Of a stretch of DNA of 64,000 nucleotides, positions 21,548 to 29,975 are shown one piece after another. The stretch lies in NCBI GenBank assembly GCA_038244215.1, contig JBBRTR010000001.1, forward strand, positions 314-64,313, written 5' to 3'. The position numbers were made by a program, and so were the translations under genes. Within the stretch, counting starts at the first letter, position 1. Each line of letters starts with the position of its first letter. This DNA comes from Bacteroidales bacterium (lineage in GTDB: Bacteria; Bacteroidota; Bacteroidia; Bacteroidales; Paludibacteraceae). The notes beneath the pieces are model-generated. The model was given only the letters and a program-made list of their open reading frames with translations. It was not told the origin of the DNA and searched no databases.

Positions 21548-21571
21548 ATTGCAAATTGAGAATTAAAAAAC

Positions 21572-24403
21572 ATGATCAGACAAGATAAAATCAGCATAAA
21601 AGGCGCACGTGTTCATAATCTAAAAAACATTGACGTCGAAATTCCACACAACAAACTGGTAGTAATCACCGGACTTTCCGGCTCAGGTAAATCTTCACTA
21701 GCTTTTGATACACTTTATGCAGAAGGGCAACGCAGGTATGTGGAAAGTCTTTCTGCTTATGCTCGTCAGTTTCTGGGACGAATGAGCAAACCCGAAGTCG
21801 ATTTTATAAAAGGAATTCCACCGGCAATTGCCATTGAACAAAAGGTAAATACCCGCAATCCACGCTCAACAGTCGGAACTTCCACCGAAATTTACGAATA
21901 TATCAAGCTGCTTTTTTCAAGAATTGGCGTGACTTATTCACCTATTTCGGGAGAAGTTGTAAGAAAGCACGAAGCCGAAGATGTGGTAAAAGCGGCGTTG
22001 GAATTTCCGGATGAAACAAAATTATTGATTCTTACGCAAGTTTCCGTTTCAGAAGGTAAAACGATACAAGATGAACTGCAAAGTTTACTAAAGCAGGGTT
22101 TTAGTCGTGTTGAAGTAAATGATGAGACCTATAAAATTCAGGAACTTATTGATTCAGATAAAATTCTGAAGAAAAATCCGGATGTTTTCTTGATTATCGA
22201 CCGATTGACCGTTGACAGGACTCAAAGCGGTATCAGTCGTTTGACCGATTCTGTTGAAACTGCTTTTTTGGAAGGAAATGGTTCTTGTATTTTAAAAATC
22301 ACCTCACCCCCAACCCCTCTCCTTGAGGAGAGGGGAGCTGAAAGTGTGAAATTATATTTTTCCAAAAGCTTTGAAGCCGATGGGATGAAATTTGAAACAC
22401 CAACCGTCCACACATTTAGCTTCAACAGCCCTATTGGAGCTTGTCCGGTTTGCGAAGGATTTGGACGAGTTATTGGAATTGATGAAGATCTGGTTGTTCC
22501 AAATAAAACACTTTCAATTTTCGAGGATGCCGTGGCTTGCTGGAAAGGCGAAGTGATGAGCGAATGGAAAAAACAATTGATTCAGACCGCTTCGAAATTT
22601 AATTTCCCTGTTCATAAACCTTACTACGAACTTACCGACGAACAACGTCATTTGATTTGGACTGGAAATCAGTATTTTGAAGGATTGAATGCTTTTTTTA
22701 AAATGCTTGAATCCAATCAGTATAAAATTCAGTACCGCGTCATGTTGGCACGATATCGTGGTAAAACCATTTGTCCTGAATGTCACGGTAGCCGTCTGAA
22801 AAAAGAAGCGTCGTACATTCGAATTTCAGGACAATCAATTTCCGATTTGGTTTTAATGTCCATTGAAAAACTGAATGATTTCTTTGAAAATATACAGTTG
22901 GACAAACAGGACGCAGCCATTGCGAAACGATTATTGATTGAAATAAATAACCGAATTCATTTCTTGATGGATGTCGGATTGGGTTATCTGACGCTGAACC
23001 GACTTTCGAATTCACTTTCGGGTGGTGAAAGTCAGCGCATAAATTTGGCCACATCCTTGGGAAGCAGTCTGGTGGGTTCGCTTTATATTTTGGATGAACC
23101 GAGTATCGGATTGCATTCACGCGATACGCATTTGCTTATAAAAGTGCTGAAACAGTTACGCGATTTGGGAAATACGGTGGTGGTTGTGGAACACGATGAA
23201 GAAATTATGCGTGCTGCCGATTATCTTATCGATATTGGTCCAAATGCCGGACGCTTGGGAGGTGAAGTGGTATTTCAAGGAGCCCCCCCACCCCCCACAG
23301 GGGGGATTTTAGTTAGCGAGAACTCATATACTTTGAAATATTTAACTGGTGAAGAAAAAATAGACGTTCCATCGCATCGACGAAAGTGGAATAATTATAT
23401 TGAAGTAATCGGCGCACGCGAAAATAATCTGAAAGGAATTAATGTAAAATTTCCGTTAAACGTGATGACGGTTGTTACCGGCGTCAGCGGTTCGGGGAAA
23501 TCTTCATTGGTGCGCAACGTATTCTACACGGCTTTAAAAAAACATTACGGTGGTGTTGCCGACCGAACCGGTCAGTTTGGAATGCTGAAAGGCAGCATGC
23601 ATTTGGCTAAGGATATTGAATTTGTCGATCAGAATCCCATCGGGCGTTCGTCGCGTTCCAATCCGGTGACTTATATTAAAGCATACGACGAAATACGGAA
23701 ATTATTTGCCGATCAGCAACTTTCGAAGCAAATGAATTATACGGCTTCTTATTTTTCGTTCAATACCGAAGGCGGTCGTTGCGAAGAATGTCAGGGTGAA
23801 GGAACAGTTACGGTTGAAATGCAATTTATGGCCGATTTGGTGCTTGAATGTGAACATTGTCATGGCAAACGTTTCAAACAAGACATTCTCGATGTACAAT
23901 ATAAAGGCGTCAATATATTTGATGTGCTGGAAATGACAGTCAATCAGGCCATCGAATTTTTCTCACAAGGCACGGGCAATACCGAAAAGAAAATCGTGAA
24001 ACGTATGAAACCGCTGCAGGATGTCGGTGTGGGTTATGTGAAACTCGGACAATCGAGCAGCACACTTTCGGGCGGTGAAAGTCAACGGGTAAAGCTGGCT
24101 TCGTTTTTAGCCAACGAAAAACCGGAACCAACCATTTTTGTTTTCGATGAACCGACAACCGGACTACATTTTCACGATATCAAAACCTTGCTCAAAGCCT
24201 TTGATGCGCTGATTGCAAAAGGACATACTGTGATTATTATCGAACACAATATCGAAATTATCAAATGTGCCGATCACATTATTGATATTGGTCCCGAAGG
24301 TGGAGAAAAAGGCGGTACCGTGGTTTTTGAAGGAACACCCGAAGAAATTGCAAAATGTAAGGACTCATACACCGGAATGTTTTTGAAAGAAAATATGAAA
24401 TAA
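21572..24403 (+). CDS. uvrA: excinuclease ABC subunit A
   Basis: Two ABC domains ([26 protein letters not shown]) and Zn-finger CxxC pairs. Confidence 0.98.
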   Translation: MIRQDKISIKGARVHNLKNIDVEIPHNKLVVITGLSGSGKSSLAFDTLYAEGQRRYVESLSAYARQFLGRMSKPEVDFIKGIPPAIAIEQKVNTRNPRSTVGTSTEIYEYIKLLFSRIGVTYSPISGEVVRKHEAEDVVKAALEFPDETKLLILTQVSVSEGKTIQDELQSLLKQGFSRVEVNDETYKIQELIDSDKILKKNPDVFLIIDRLTVDRTQSGISRLTDSVETAFLEGNGSCILKITSPPTPLLEERGAESVKLYFSKSFEADGMKFETPTVHTFSFNSPIGACPVCEGFGRVIGIDEDLVVPNKTLSIFEDAVACWKGEVMSEWKKQLIQTASKFNFPVHKPYYELTDEQRHLIWTGNQYFEGLNAFFKMLESNQYKIQYRVMLARYRGKTICPECHGSRLKKEASYIRISGQSISDLVLMSIEKLNDFFENIQLDKQDAAIAKRLLIEINNRIHFLMDVGLGYLTLNRLSNSLSGGESQRINLATSLGSSLVGSLYILDEPSIGLHSRDTHLLIKVLKQLRDLGNTVVVVEHDEEIMRAADYLIDIGPNAGRLGGEVVFQGAPPPPTGGILVSENSYTLKYLTGEEKIDVPSHRRKWNNYIEVIGARENNLKGINVKFPLNVMTVVTGVSGSGKSSLVRNVFYTALKKHYGGVADRTGQFGMLKGSMHLAKDIEFVDQNPIGRSSRSNPVTYIKAYDEIRKLFADQQLSKQMNYTASYFSFNTEGGRCEECQGEGTVTVEMQFMADLVLECEHCHGKRFKQDILDVQYKGVNIFDVLEMTVNQAIEFFSQGTGNTEKKIVKRMKPLQDVGVGYVKLGQSSSTLSGGESQRVKLASFLANEKPEPTIFVFDEPTTGLHFHDIKTLLKAFDALIAKGHTVIIIEHNIEIIKCADHIIDIGPEGGEKGGTVVFEGTPEEIAKCKDSYTGMFLKENMK
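22302..22337. repeat. palindromic REP/BoxC-like element in-frame inside uvrA
   Basis: cctcacccccaa-cccctctcct-tg-aggagagggg-ag; encodes [12 protein letters not shown]. Confidence 0.8.
23281..23309. repeat. second palindromic element in-frame inside uvrA
   Basis: agccccccca-cccccc-aca-gggggg-attt; encodes APPPPTGGI; resembles the menA element end. Confidence 0.7.
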
Positions 24404-24608
24404 CTTATTTCAAACATCATAAGTCCGTATAAAGATTTAATGAAATGTTTTACTTTTTAGAGATGTAGAAATCTACCGGGGGACAACCGACTTCACAGTC
24501 GCTTGATGACAATTTCAAGCAGTTAGGAAACTGCTTTTCCCTAATTTGTTTCCTAATTCCGAAATAACGACTATTTTTGTATACTAATAATTTAATCTCA
24601 ACAATAAA

Positions 24609-25811
24609 ATGGGAAAAGTATTGATTATCGGCGCCGGAGGCGTGGGAACCGTTGTAGTCCACAAAGTGGCTCAGAATCCGGATGTTTTTACTGAAATCAT
24701 GTTGGCAAGCCGTACCAAATCTAAATGTGATGTCATTGCTGCCGACGTAAAAAAACGCTATGGTGCAGACATTAAAACGGCTCAAATTGACGCTGACAAT
24801 GTTCCGGAATTGGTAAAATTGCTCAACGATTATAAACCGGAATTACTTATCAATGTAGCTCTTCCTTATCAGGATCTGACGATTATGGATGCTTGCCTCG
24901 AAGCCGGAGTAAACTACTTGGACACCGCCAACTACGAACCGAAAGACGAAGCACATTTTGAATACAGCTGGCAGTGGGCGTACAAAGAAAAGTTTGAAAA
25001 AGCAGGATTAACAGCCATTCTTGGTTGCGGATTCGATCCCGGAGTAACCAGCATTTTCACCGCTTATGCCGCCAAACATTATTTCGACGAAATTCATTAT
25101 CTGGATATTGTGGATTGCAATGCCGGCGATCATCACAAAGCATTTGCTACCAACTTCAATCCGGAAATCAATATCCGTGAAGTCACTCAACGCGGAAAAT
25201 ATTGGGAAAACGGTGAATGGGTGGAAACAGAACCACACCAAATTCATCAACCCCTGAATTATCCCGAAATTGGCCCGAAAGAATCGTACGTAATTTACCA
25301 CGAAGAACTGGAATCGCTGGTAAAAAACTATCCGACTATCAAACGTGCCCGTTTCTGGATGACTTTCGGACAGGAATACCTGACTCATTTACGCGTTATT
25401 CAGAATATCGGCATGGCGCGCATCGACGAAGTGGAATATAACGGACAAAAGATTGTTCCGATTCAGTTTCTGAAAGCTGTTTTACCAAATCCGGGAGATT
25501 TAGGAGAAAACTATACGGGATGGACTTCGATTGGTTGTCGCATCAAAGGATTGAAAGACGGAAAAGAAACGACATATTACGTGTACAACAATTGCAGCCA
25601 CGAAGCCGCATACAAAGAAACCGGCACTCAGGGCGTAAGTTACACCACCGGCGTACCGGCCATGATTGGCGCCATGATGTTTATGAAAGGCATCTGGAAA
25701 AAACCAGGCGTATACAACGTGGAAGAATTTAATCCCGACCCGTTTATGGAACAACTGAACATTCACGGTCTGCCGTGGGTGGAATTACACAATATTGATC
25801 TGGAATTGTAG
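24609..25811 (+). CDS. saccharopine dehydrogenase family protein, probable carboxy(nor)spermidine dehydrogenase
   Basis: IIGAGGVG, NVALPYQD, YLDTANYE, GCGFDPG, NFNPEINIRE, YTTGVPAM. Confidence 0.9.
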   Translation: MGKVLIIGAGGVGTVVVHKVAQNPDVFTEIMLASRTKSKCDVIAADVKKRYGADIKTAQIDADNVPELVKLLNDYKPELLINVALPYQDLTIMDACLEAGVNYLDTANYEPKDEAHFEYSWQWAYKEKFEKAGLTAILGCGFDPGVTSIFTAYAAKHYFDEIHYLDIVDCNAGDHHKAFATNFNPEINIREVTQRGKYWENGEWVETEPHQIHQPLNYPEIGPKESYVIYHEELESLVKNYPTIKRARFWMTFGQEYLTHLRVIQNIGMARIDEVEYNGQKIVPIQFLKAVLPNPGDLGENYTGWTSIGCRIKGLKDGKETTYYVYNNCSHEAAYKETGTQGVSYTTGVPAMIGAMMFMKGIWKKPGVYNVEEFNPDPFMEQLNIHGLPWVELHNIDLEL

Positions 25812-25833
25812 GATTTCGGTTATAATATTTTTG

Positions 25834-25860
25834 GTAGAGACGCAATATATTGCGTCTCTA
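25834..25860. repeat. GTAG-type REP-like palindrome
   Basis: g + the perfect 26-bp palindrome tagagacgcaatatattgcgtctcta; 25842-25865 recurs exactly at 26400-26423. Confidence 0.8.
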
Positions 25861-25923
25861 TTTGTATTTACAGGGGTTGTATAACAATTCTTTAAATAAA
25901 ACAACGACAGTCTGTTTATAATT

Positions 25924-25946
25924 GCAAATATATTAACTATATTTGC
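25924..25946. promoter_or_regulatory. back-to-back TATATTTGC promoter-like boxes
   Basis: gcaaatata-ttaac-tatatttgc gives a TAnnTTTG on each strand. Confidence 0.45.
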
Positions 25947-25955
25947 TGCATAAAT

Positions 25956-25997
25956 CCCCGCAAGCTCCTATTTGTAATCGGTGTTGCCTTGTAGAGC
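25956..25997. repeat. degenerate partial copy of the 112-bp element
   Basis: ccccgcaagctcctatttgtaatcggtgttgccttgtagagc aligns to the element's 5' end. Confidence 0.65.
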
Positions 25998-26036
25998 GAT
26001 TTATTTTTAATGGTTGTTTTTCAAACAACGCAGTGA

Positions 26037-26290
26037 TACAAACAGGCTATGTTGGGGACATGGAGGTTTTGTAAGACTGCAAACAGGCTATGTTGGGAAC
26101 ATGGAGGTTTTGTAAGACTACAAACAGGCTATGTTGGGAACATGGAGGTTTTGTAAGACTACAAACAGGCTATGTTGGGAACATGGAGGTTTTGAAAGAC
26201 TACAAACAGGCTATGTTGGGAACATGGAGGTTTTGTAAGACATACAAACAGGCTATGTTGGGAACATGGAGGTTTTGAAAGACTACAAAC
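26037..26290. repeat. tandem array, 6 x 41 bp plus a 7-bp partial unit
   Basis: Unit tacaaacaggctatgttgggaacatggaggttttgtaagac starting at 26037, 26078, 26119, 26160, 26201 and 26243. Confidence 0.97.
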
Positions 26291-26401
26291 CCCCGCTCGC
26301 GCCGATTTGTAATCGGTGTGTTGCTCGATAGAGCAAGAAAGAAGGAAATTATTAGCTTTTTCAAAGCAAGGCACAAGTTACAAACTTGCGCCAGCAGGAG
26401 C
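26290..26401. repeat. 112-bp multi-hairpin element, copy 1 (REPIN/MITE-like)
   Basis: Identical to 26740-26851; inverted terminal hairpins. Confidence 0.95.
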
Positions 26402-26500
26402 AATATATTGCGTCTCTATTTGTTTTAAAAAGGACTGTGCGCCAGTGTAATAAAAAAAGAAGAAAAGAACCGAAAACGGACTAAAATTGAGGTCAAAAAG

Positions 26501-26670
26501 CGTGCGTATTAGTACGAACGACCCAACGAGAGGATGAACAACCGTTCGTACTAGTACGACTGACCCATCGAGAGGATGAACAACCGTTTGTACCAGTACG
26601 ACTGACCCAACGAGAGGATGAACAACCGTTCGTACCAGTACGACTGACCCAACGAGGGGATGGACAGCCG
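26501..26670. repeat. tandem array, about 4 x 42 bp
   Basis: Unit agtacgactgacccaacgagaggatgaacaaccgttcgtacc starting at 26511, 26553, 26595 and 26637 (last one partial). Confidence 0.95.
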
Positions 26671-26739
26671 AGCATCCATGGATGACAATAAAAACGAGCA
26701 AGAAAACGTGTTTCTCAACAATGAATAAGAGAAAGAAAC

Positions 26740-26851
26740 CCCCCGCTCGCGCCGATTTGTAATCGGTGTGTTGCTCGATAGAGCAAGAAAGAAGGAAATT
26801 ATTAGCTTTTTCAAAGCAAGGCACAAGTTACAAACTTGCGCCAGCAGGAGC
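26740..26851. repeat. 112-bp multi-hairpin element, copy 2
   Basis: Direct repeat of 26290-26401, offset 450 bp. Confidence 0.95.
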
Positions 26852-27092
26852 GATTGTTTCACGTGGTTAAATAAACAAAACCGGAAGAATAAAATGCCAC
26901 AGGATGAATTCGCGCGGCATTGAGGGAATTGACAGGGCTAATAAATGTCTCGAAGTCAATAACAACAAAAAAAATAGATTTGAAAAGCAGGATTACTTCA
27001 AAAAGTTATCCTGCTTTTATTATGTCTGAATCCAGATTGAACCTTTCGTTTCGGTTTATTGTTTTTAAACATAAATAAAACAGAATAGAAAT

Positions 27093-28115
27093 ATGAAATA
27101 TAATGAATTAGGAAAAACAGGCGTATTGGTTTCGGAACTTTGTCTGGGAACCATGACATTCGGTGGTAAAGGTATGTGGCAGGCCATAGGGCAATTGCCA
27201 CAGGATGAAGTGAACGGGATTGTAAAAACTTCGCTCGACAGCGGCATTAATTTTATCGATACTGCCAATGCATATTCCGAAGGTCTTGCTGAAACATTGT
27301 TGGGTGAATCGTTGAAAAAGATAGGTGTTTCGCATCAAAATGTAGTGATTGCTACCAAAGTGCGGTTGCGTATGGGTGCAGGAGCTAATCAAATCGGACT
27401 TTCGAGGCTTCATATTATGGATTCGGTGAACGACAGCCTCCAAAGACTTCAACTTTCGCATATCGATTTACTGTATATTCACGGAGTGGATCCGATTACA
27501 CCGCTCGAAGAAACTATGCGTGGACTGGAAGACCTGGTTCGTTCGGGCAAAGTACGCTATATTGGGGTGAGCAATCATCCGGCATGGAAAGTTATGAAAG
27601 CCAACAGTTACGCCGAAAAAATGGGCTGGACAAAGTTTATTGCTTCGCAGAATTATTATACCATTGCCGGACGTGATATCGAGCGTGAAATTGTGCCTAT
27701 GGCATTAAGCGAAAATATTGGCATCATGCCCTGGAGCCCGCTGGCTGGTGGCTTTTTGTCAGGAAAATATACACGCGACAATCAAATTGCCGGAAATAGT
27801 CGACGTGATACCTTTGATTTTCCGCCAATCAACAAAGAAAAAGCATACGACATTATTGATGTAATGGCCGGAATTGCCAAAAATCATGACGTTTCGGTTG
27901 CTGCTGTGGCGTTGAACTGGGTGACAAAACAACCCGGAGTATGCAGTACAATTATCGGTGCTAGAAATTTACAACAATTAAATGACAATATTGAAGCCGT
28001 CAAACTGGAACTGACATCCGATGACATGCAAAAACTAAACGAAATCAGCGCATTGTCATCAGAATATCCTGCATGGATGCTTGCGCGACAAATGCAAGGT
28101 CGTTGGCCGGAATAA
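27093..28115 (+). CDS. aldo/keto reductase
   Basis: LCLGTMTFG, GINFIDTANAY, GKVRYIGVSN, PWSPLAGG. Confidence 0.95.
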   Translation: MKYNELGKTGVLVSELCLGTMTFGGKGMWQAIGQLPQDEVNGIVKTSLDSGINFIDTANAYSEGLAETLLGESLKKIGVSHQNVVIATKVRLRMGAGANQIGLSRLHIMDSVNDSLQRLQLSHIDLLYIHGVDPITPLEETMRGLEDLVRSGKVRYIGVSNHPAWKVMKANSYAEKMGWTKFIASQNYYTIAGRDIEREIVPMALSENIGIMPWSPLAGGFLSGKYTRDNQIAGNSRRDTFDFPPINKEKAYDIIDVMAGIAKNHDVSVAAVALNWVTKQPGVCSTIIGARNLQQLNDNIEAVKLELTSDDMQKLNEISALSSEYPAWMLARQMQGRWPE

Positions 28116-28159
28116 TTTGTTGGTTTATTTCTATACATTATTGTCCAATAAAAACATTT

Positions 28160-28246
28160 GAATTCTTCACTTCACGCTGAATGACAATGTTTATATTTAT
28201 ATTTAAGCTGGAGTAACTGATTGTCATTTCGAACGAAGTGAGAAAT
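28160..28246. repeat. inverted pair of TGTCATT-type palindromic repeats
   Basis: Reverse complement of 28162-28186 tgtcattcagcgtgaagtgaagaat versus 28222-28246 tgtcatttcgaacgaagtgagaaat. Confidence 0.6.
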
Positions 28247-28300
28247 TGTGATTCCTTCATTAAATCAGATTTATTATAACCTTAAATAAAATCGAAGAAA

Positions 28301-29242
28301 ATGCAAACAATACTCGGAGCAAACGGAATAATCGGGACTGAAGTAGCCAAAGAGTTACATAAAAACTTTACAACCGATTTAAGATTGGTGAGCAGAAATC
28401 CACGAAAAGTACACGAAAGTGACACTATTTTTTCGGCGGATTTGTTGTATGCCAATGAAGTCAATGAGGCCGTAAGAGGAAGCGAGATTGTTTATCTCAC
28501 GGTTGGAATGCCCAATGTGGCTCTTATTACGCAAGAACGGTGGCCGATTATCATGGAAAATGTTATCAATGCATGTATAAATAATCAGGCGAAACTAGTT
28601 TTCTTCGATAACACCTATATGTACGGACCGACACAGGGTTTGATTAAAGAAGGACATGCATTTAGAGCGACAGGACTGAAAGGCAAAGTGAGAAAGAAAG
28701 TGAGTACCATGCTTTTGAATGCAATGAAGTTTAATGAAGTTACCGCCATGATTTGTCGCGCACCGGAATTTTACGGACCAAGGAATACAAAAAGTATCAC
28801 GAACGCGTTGGTTTTCCAAAACATACGGAATTCAAAAAAGATCAAAGTTCTGTGCAAGGATAATACAAAACGCACGCTGATGTATACTCCTGATGCCGGA
28901 AAGGCTGTGGCATTGCTTGGAAATACAGGGGATGCTTATGGTCAGACATGGCATTTACCCTGTGATCCGAACCGACTGACGGCAAAAGAATTCATCCATG
29001 AAGCGAGTGAGGTTTATGGTAAAAGATTGCATTATGTTGTATTGCAAGATTGGTTCATAAAGTTGATGGGTCATTTTAATCCGTATTTAAAAGAAACTGT
29101 TGAAATTTTGTACCGTTATCAAGCAGATCATCTTTTCGATTCTTCAAAATTTATGCAACGATTCCCCGATTATAGGATAACTACTTATCAGGAAGGAATT
29201 GCAGAAATTATAAAGGAAATAAAAAGAGAAAAGAGACTTTAA
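28301..29242 (+). CDS. NAD-dependent epimerase/dehydratase family protein
   Basis: ILGANGIIG, FFDNTYMY, RAPEFYGP, YGQTWHLP. Confidence 0.9.
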   Translation: MQTILGANGIIGTEVAKELHKNFTTDLRLVSRNPRKVHESDTIFSADLLYANEVNEAVRGSEIVYLTVGMPNVALITQERWPIIMENVINACINNQAKLVFFDNTYMYGPTQGLIKEGHAFRATGLKGKVRKKVSTMLLNAMKFNEVTAMICRAPEFYGPRNTKSITNALVFQNIRNSKKIKVLCKDNTKRTLMYTPDAGKAVALLGNTGDAYGQTWHLPCDPNRLTAKEFIHEASEVYGKRLHYVVLQDWFIKLMGHFNPYLKETVEILYRYQADHLFDSSKFMQRFPDYRITTYQEGIAEIIKEIKREKRL

Positions 29243-29251
29243 GTTATTCAG

Positions 29252-29839
29252 ATGGCGGAAAAGAGTAAAAATCATGATATACCCGTTATATCATTTGTTT
29301 CTAAAATCGATTTTGAGAATTGGCTGAAACTGAATTACAAGGATACGAACGGGATATGGCTTCAGTTTTACAAAAAGAATTCAGGAGTCGCCACAATTGT
29401 TTATGATGAAGCTTTGGAAACAGCACTTTGTTATGGTTGGATCGATGGGCAATTGAATAAAATGGATGAAAAATCCTATATCCAGAGGTTTACTCCACGC
29501 CGTTCCAAAAGTATATGGTCGAAACGGAATGTTGAAAAAGCAGAGCGTCTGATTAAAGAAGGAAAAATGCAACCTTCCGGATTAAATGAATTTGAGACCG
29601 CAAAAGCGGATGGCCGCTGGGACAGTTCGTACGATTCGCCCGGAAACATGGTGATACCCGATGATTTTATTTTTGAAATAAGTAAAAATAGAACTGCTTA
29701 CGACTTCTTTAAAACATTGAACAAAACAAATTTATATACCATCGGTTGGCGATTGCAAACTTCAGTAAATGCAAAAATACGGGCTAAACGAATGACTGCA
29801 ATTATCGAAAAACTCGAAAAACAAGAAAAATTCCATTAA
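29252..29839 (+). CDS. YdeI/OmpD-associated family protein
   Basis: ALCYGWIDG, RFTPRRSKSIWSKRN. Confidence 0.9.
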   Translation: MAEKSKNHDIPVISFVSKIDFENWLKLNYKDTNGIWLQFYKKNSGVATIVYDEALETALCYGWIDGQLNKMDEKSYIQRFTPRRSKSIWSKRNVEKAERLIKEGKMQPSGLNEFETAKADGRWDSSYDSPGNMVIPDDFIFEISKNRTAYDFFKTLNKTNLYTIGWRLQTSVNAKIRAKRMTAIIEKLEKQEKFH

Positions 29840-29975
29840 GATACTTTCAAAGCTAAATTGAGTGGTTCAATTGCTCCCTTCGTGTTTTAGGAATAAAATT
29901 CGTATTTTTGTATCCTGAAACAAATAAAACATATCAGCACCGCTAACTGTTGGCTGATAACTGTTGACTGTAATT

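Noticed and set aside
26037-26670. CRISPR or guide-RNA array interpretation of the 41- and 42-bp repeats
   Set aside because: The units are contiguous and near-identical with no unique spacers, and no cas or other effector gene is in the window.
26090-26862. Six short ORFs in the repeat locus as real genes
   Set aside because: They overlap in several frames, are simple translations of the repeats and show no recognisable domain.
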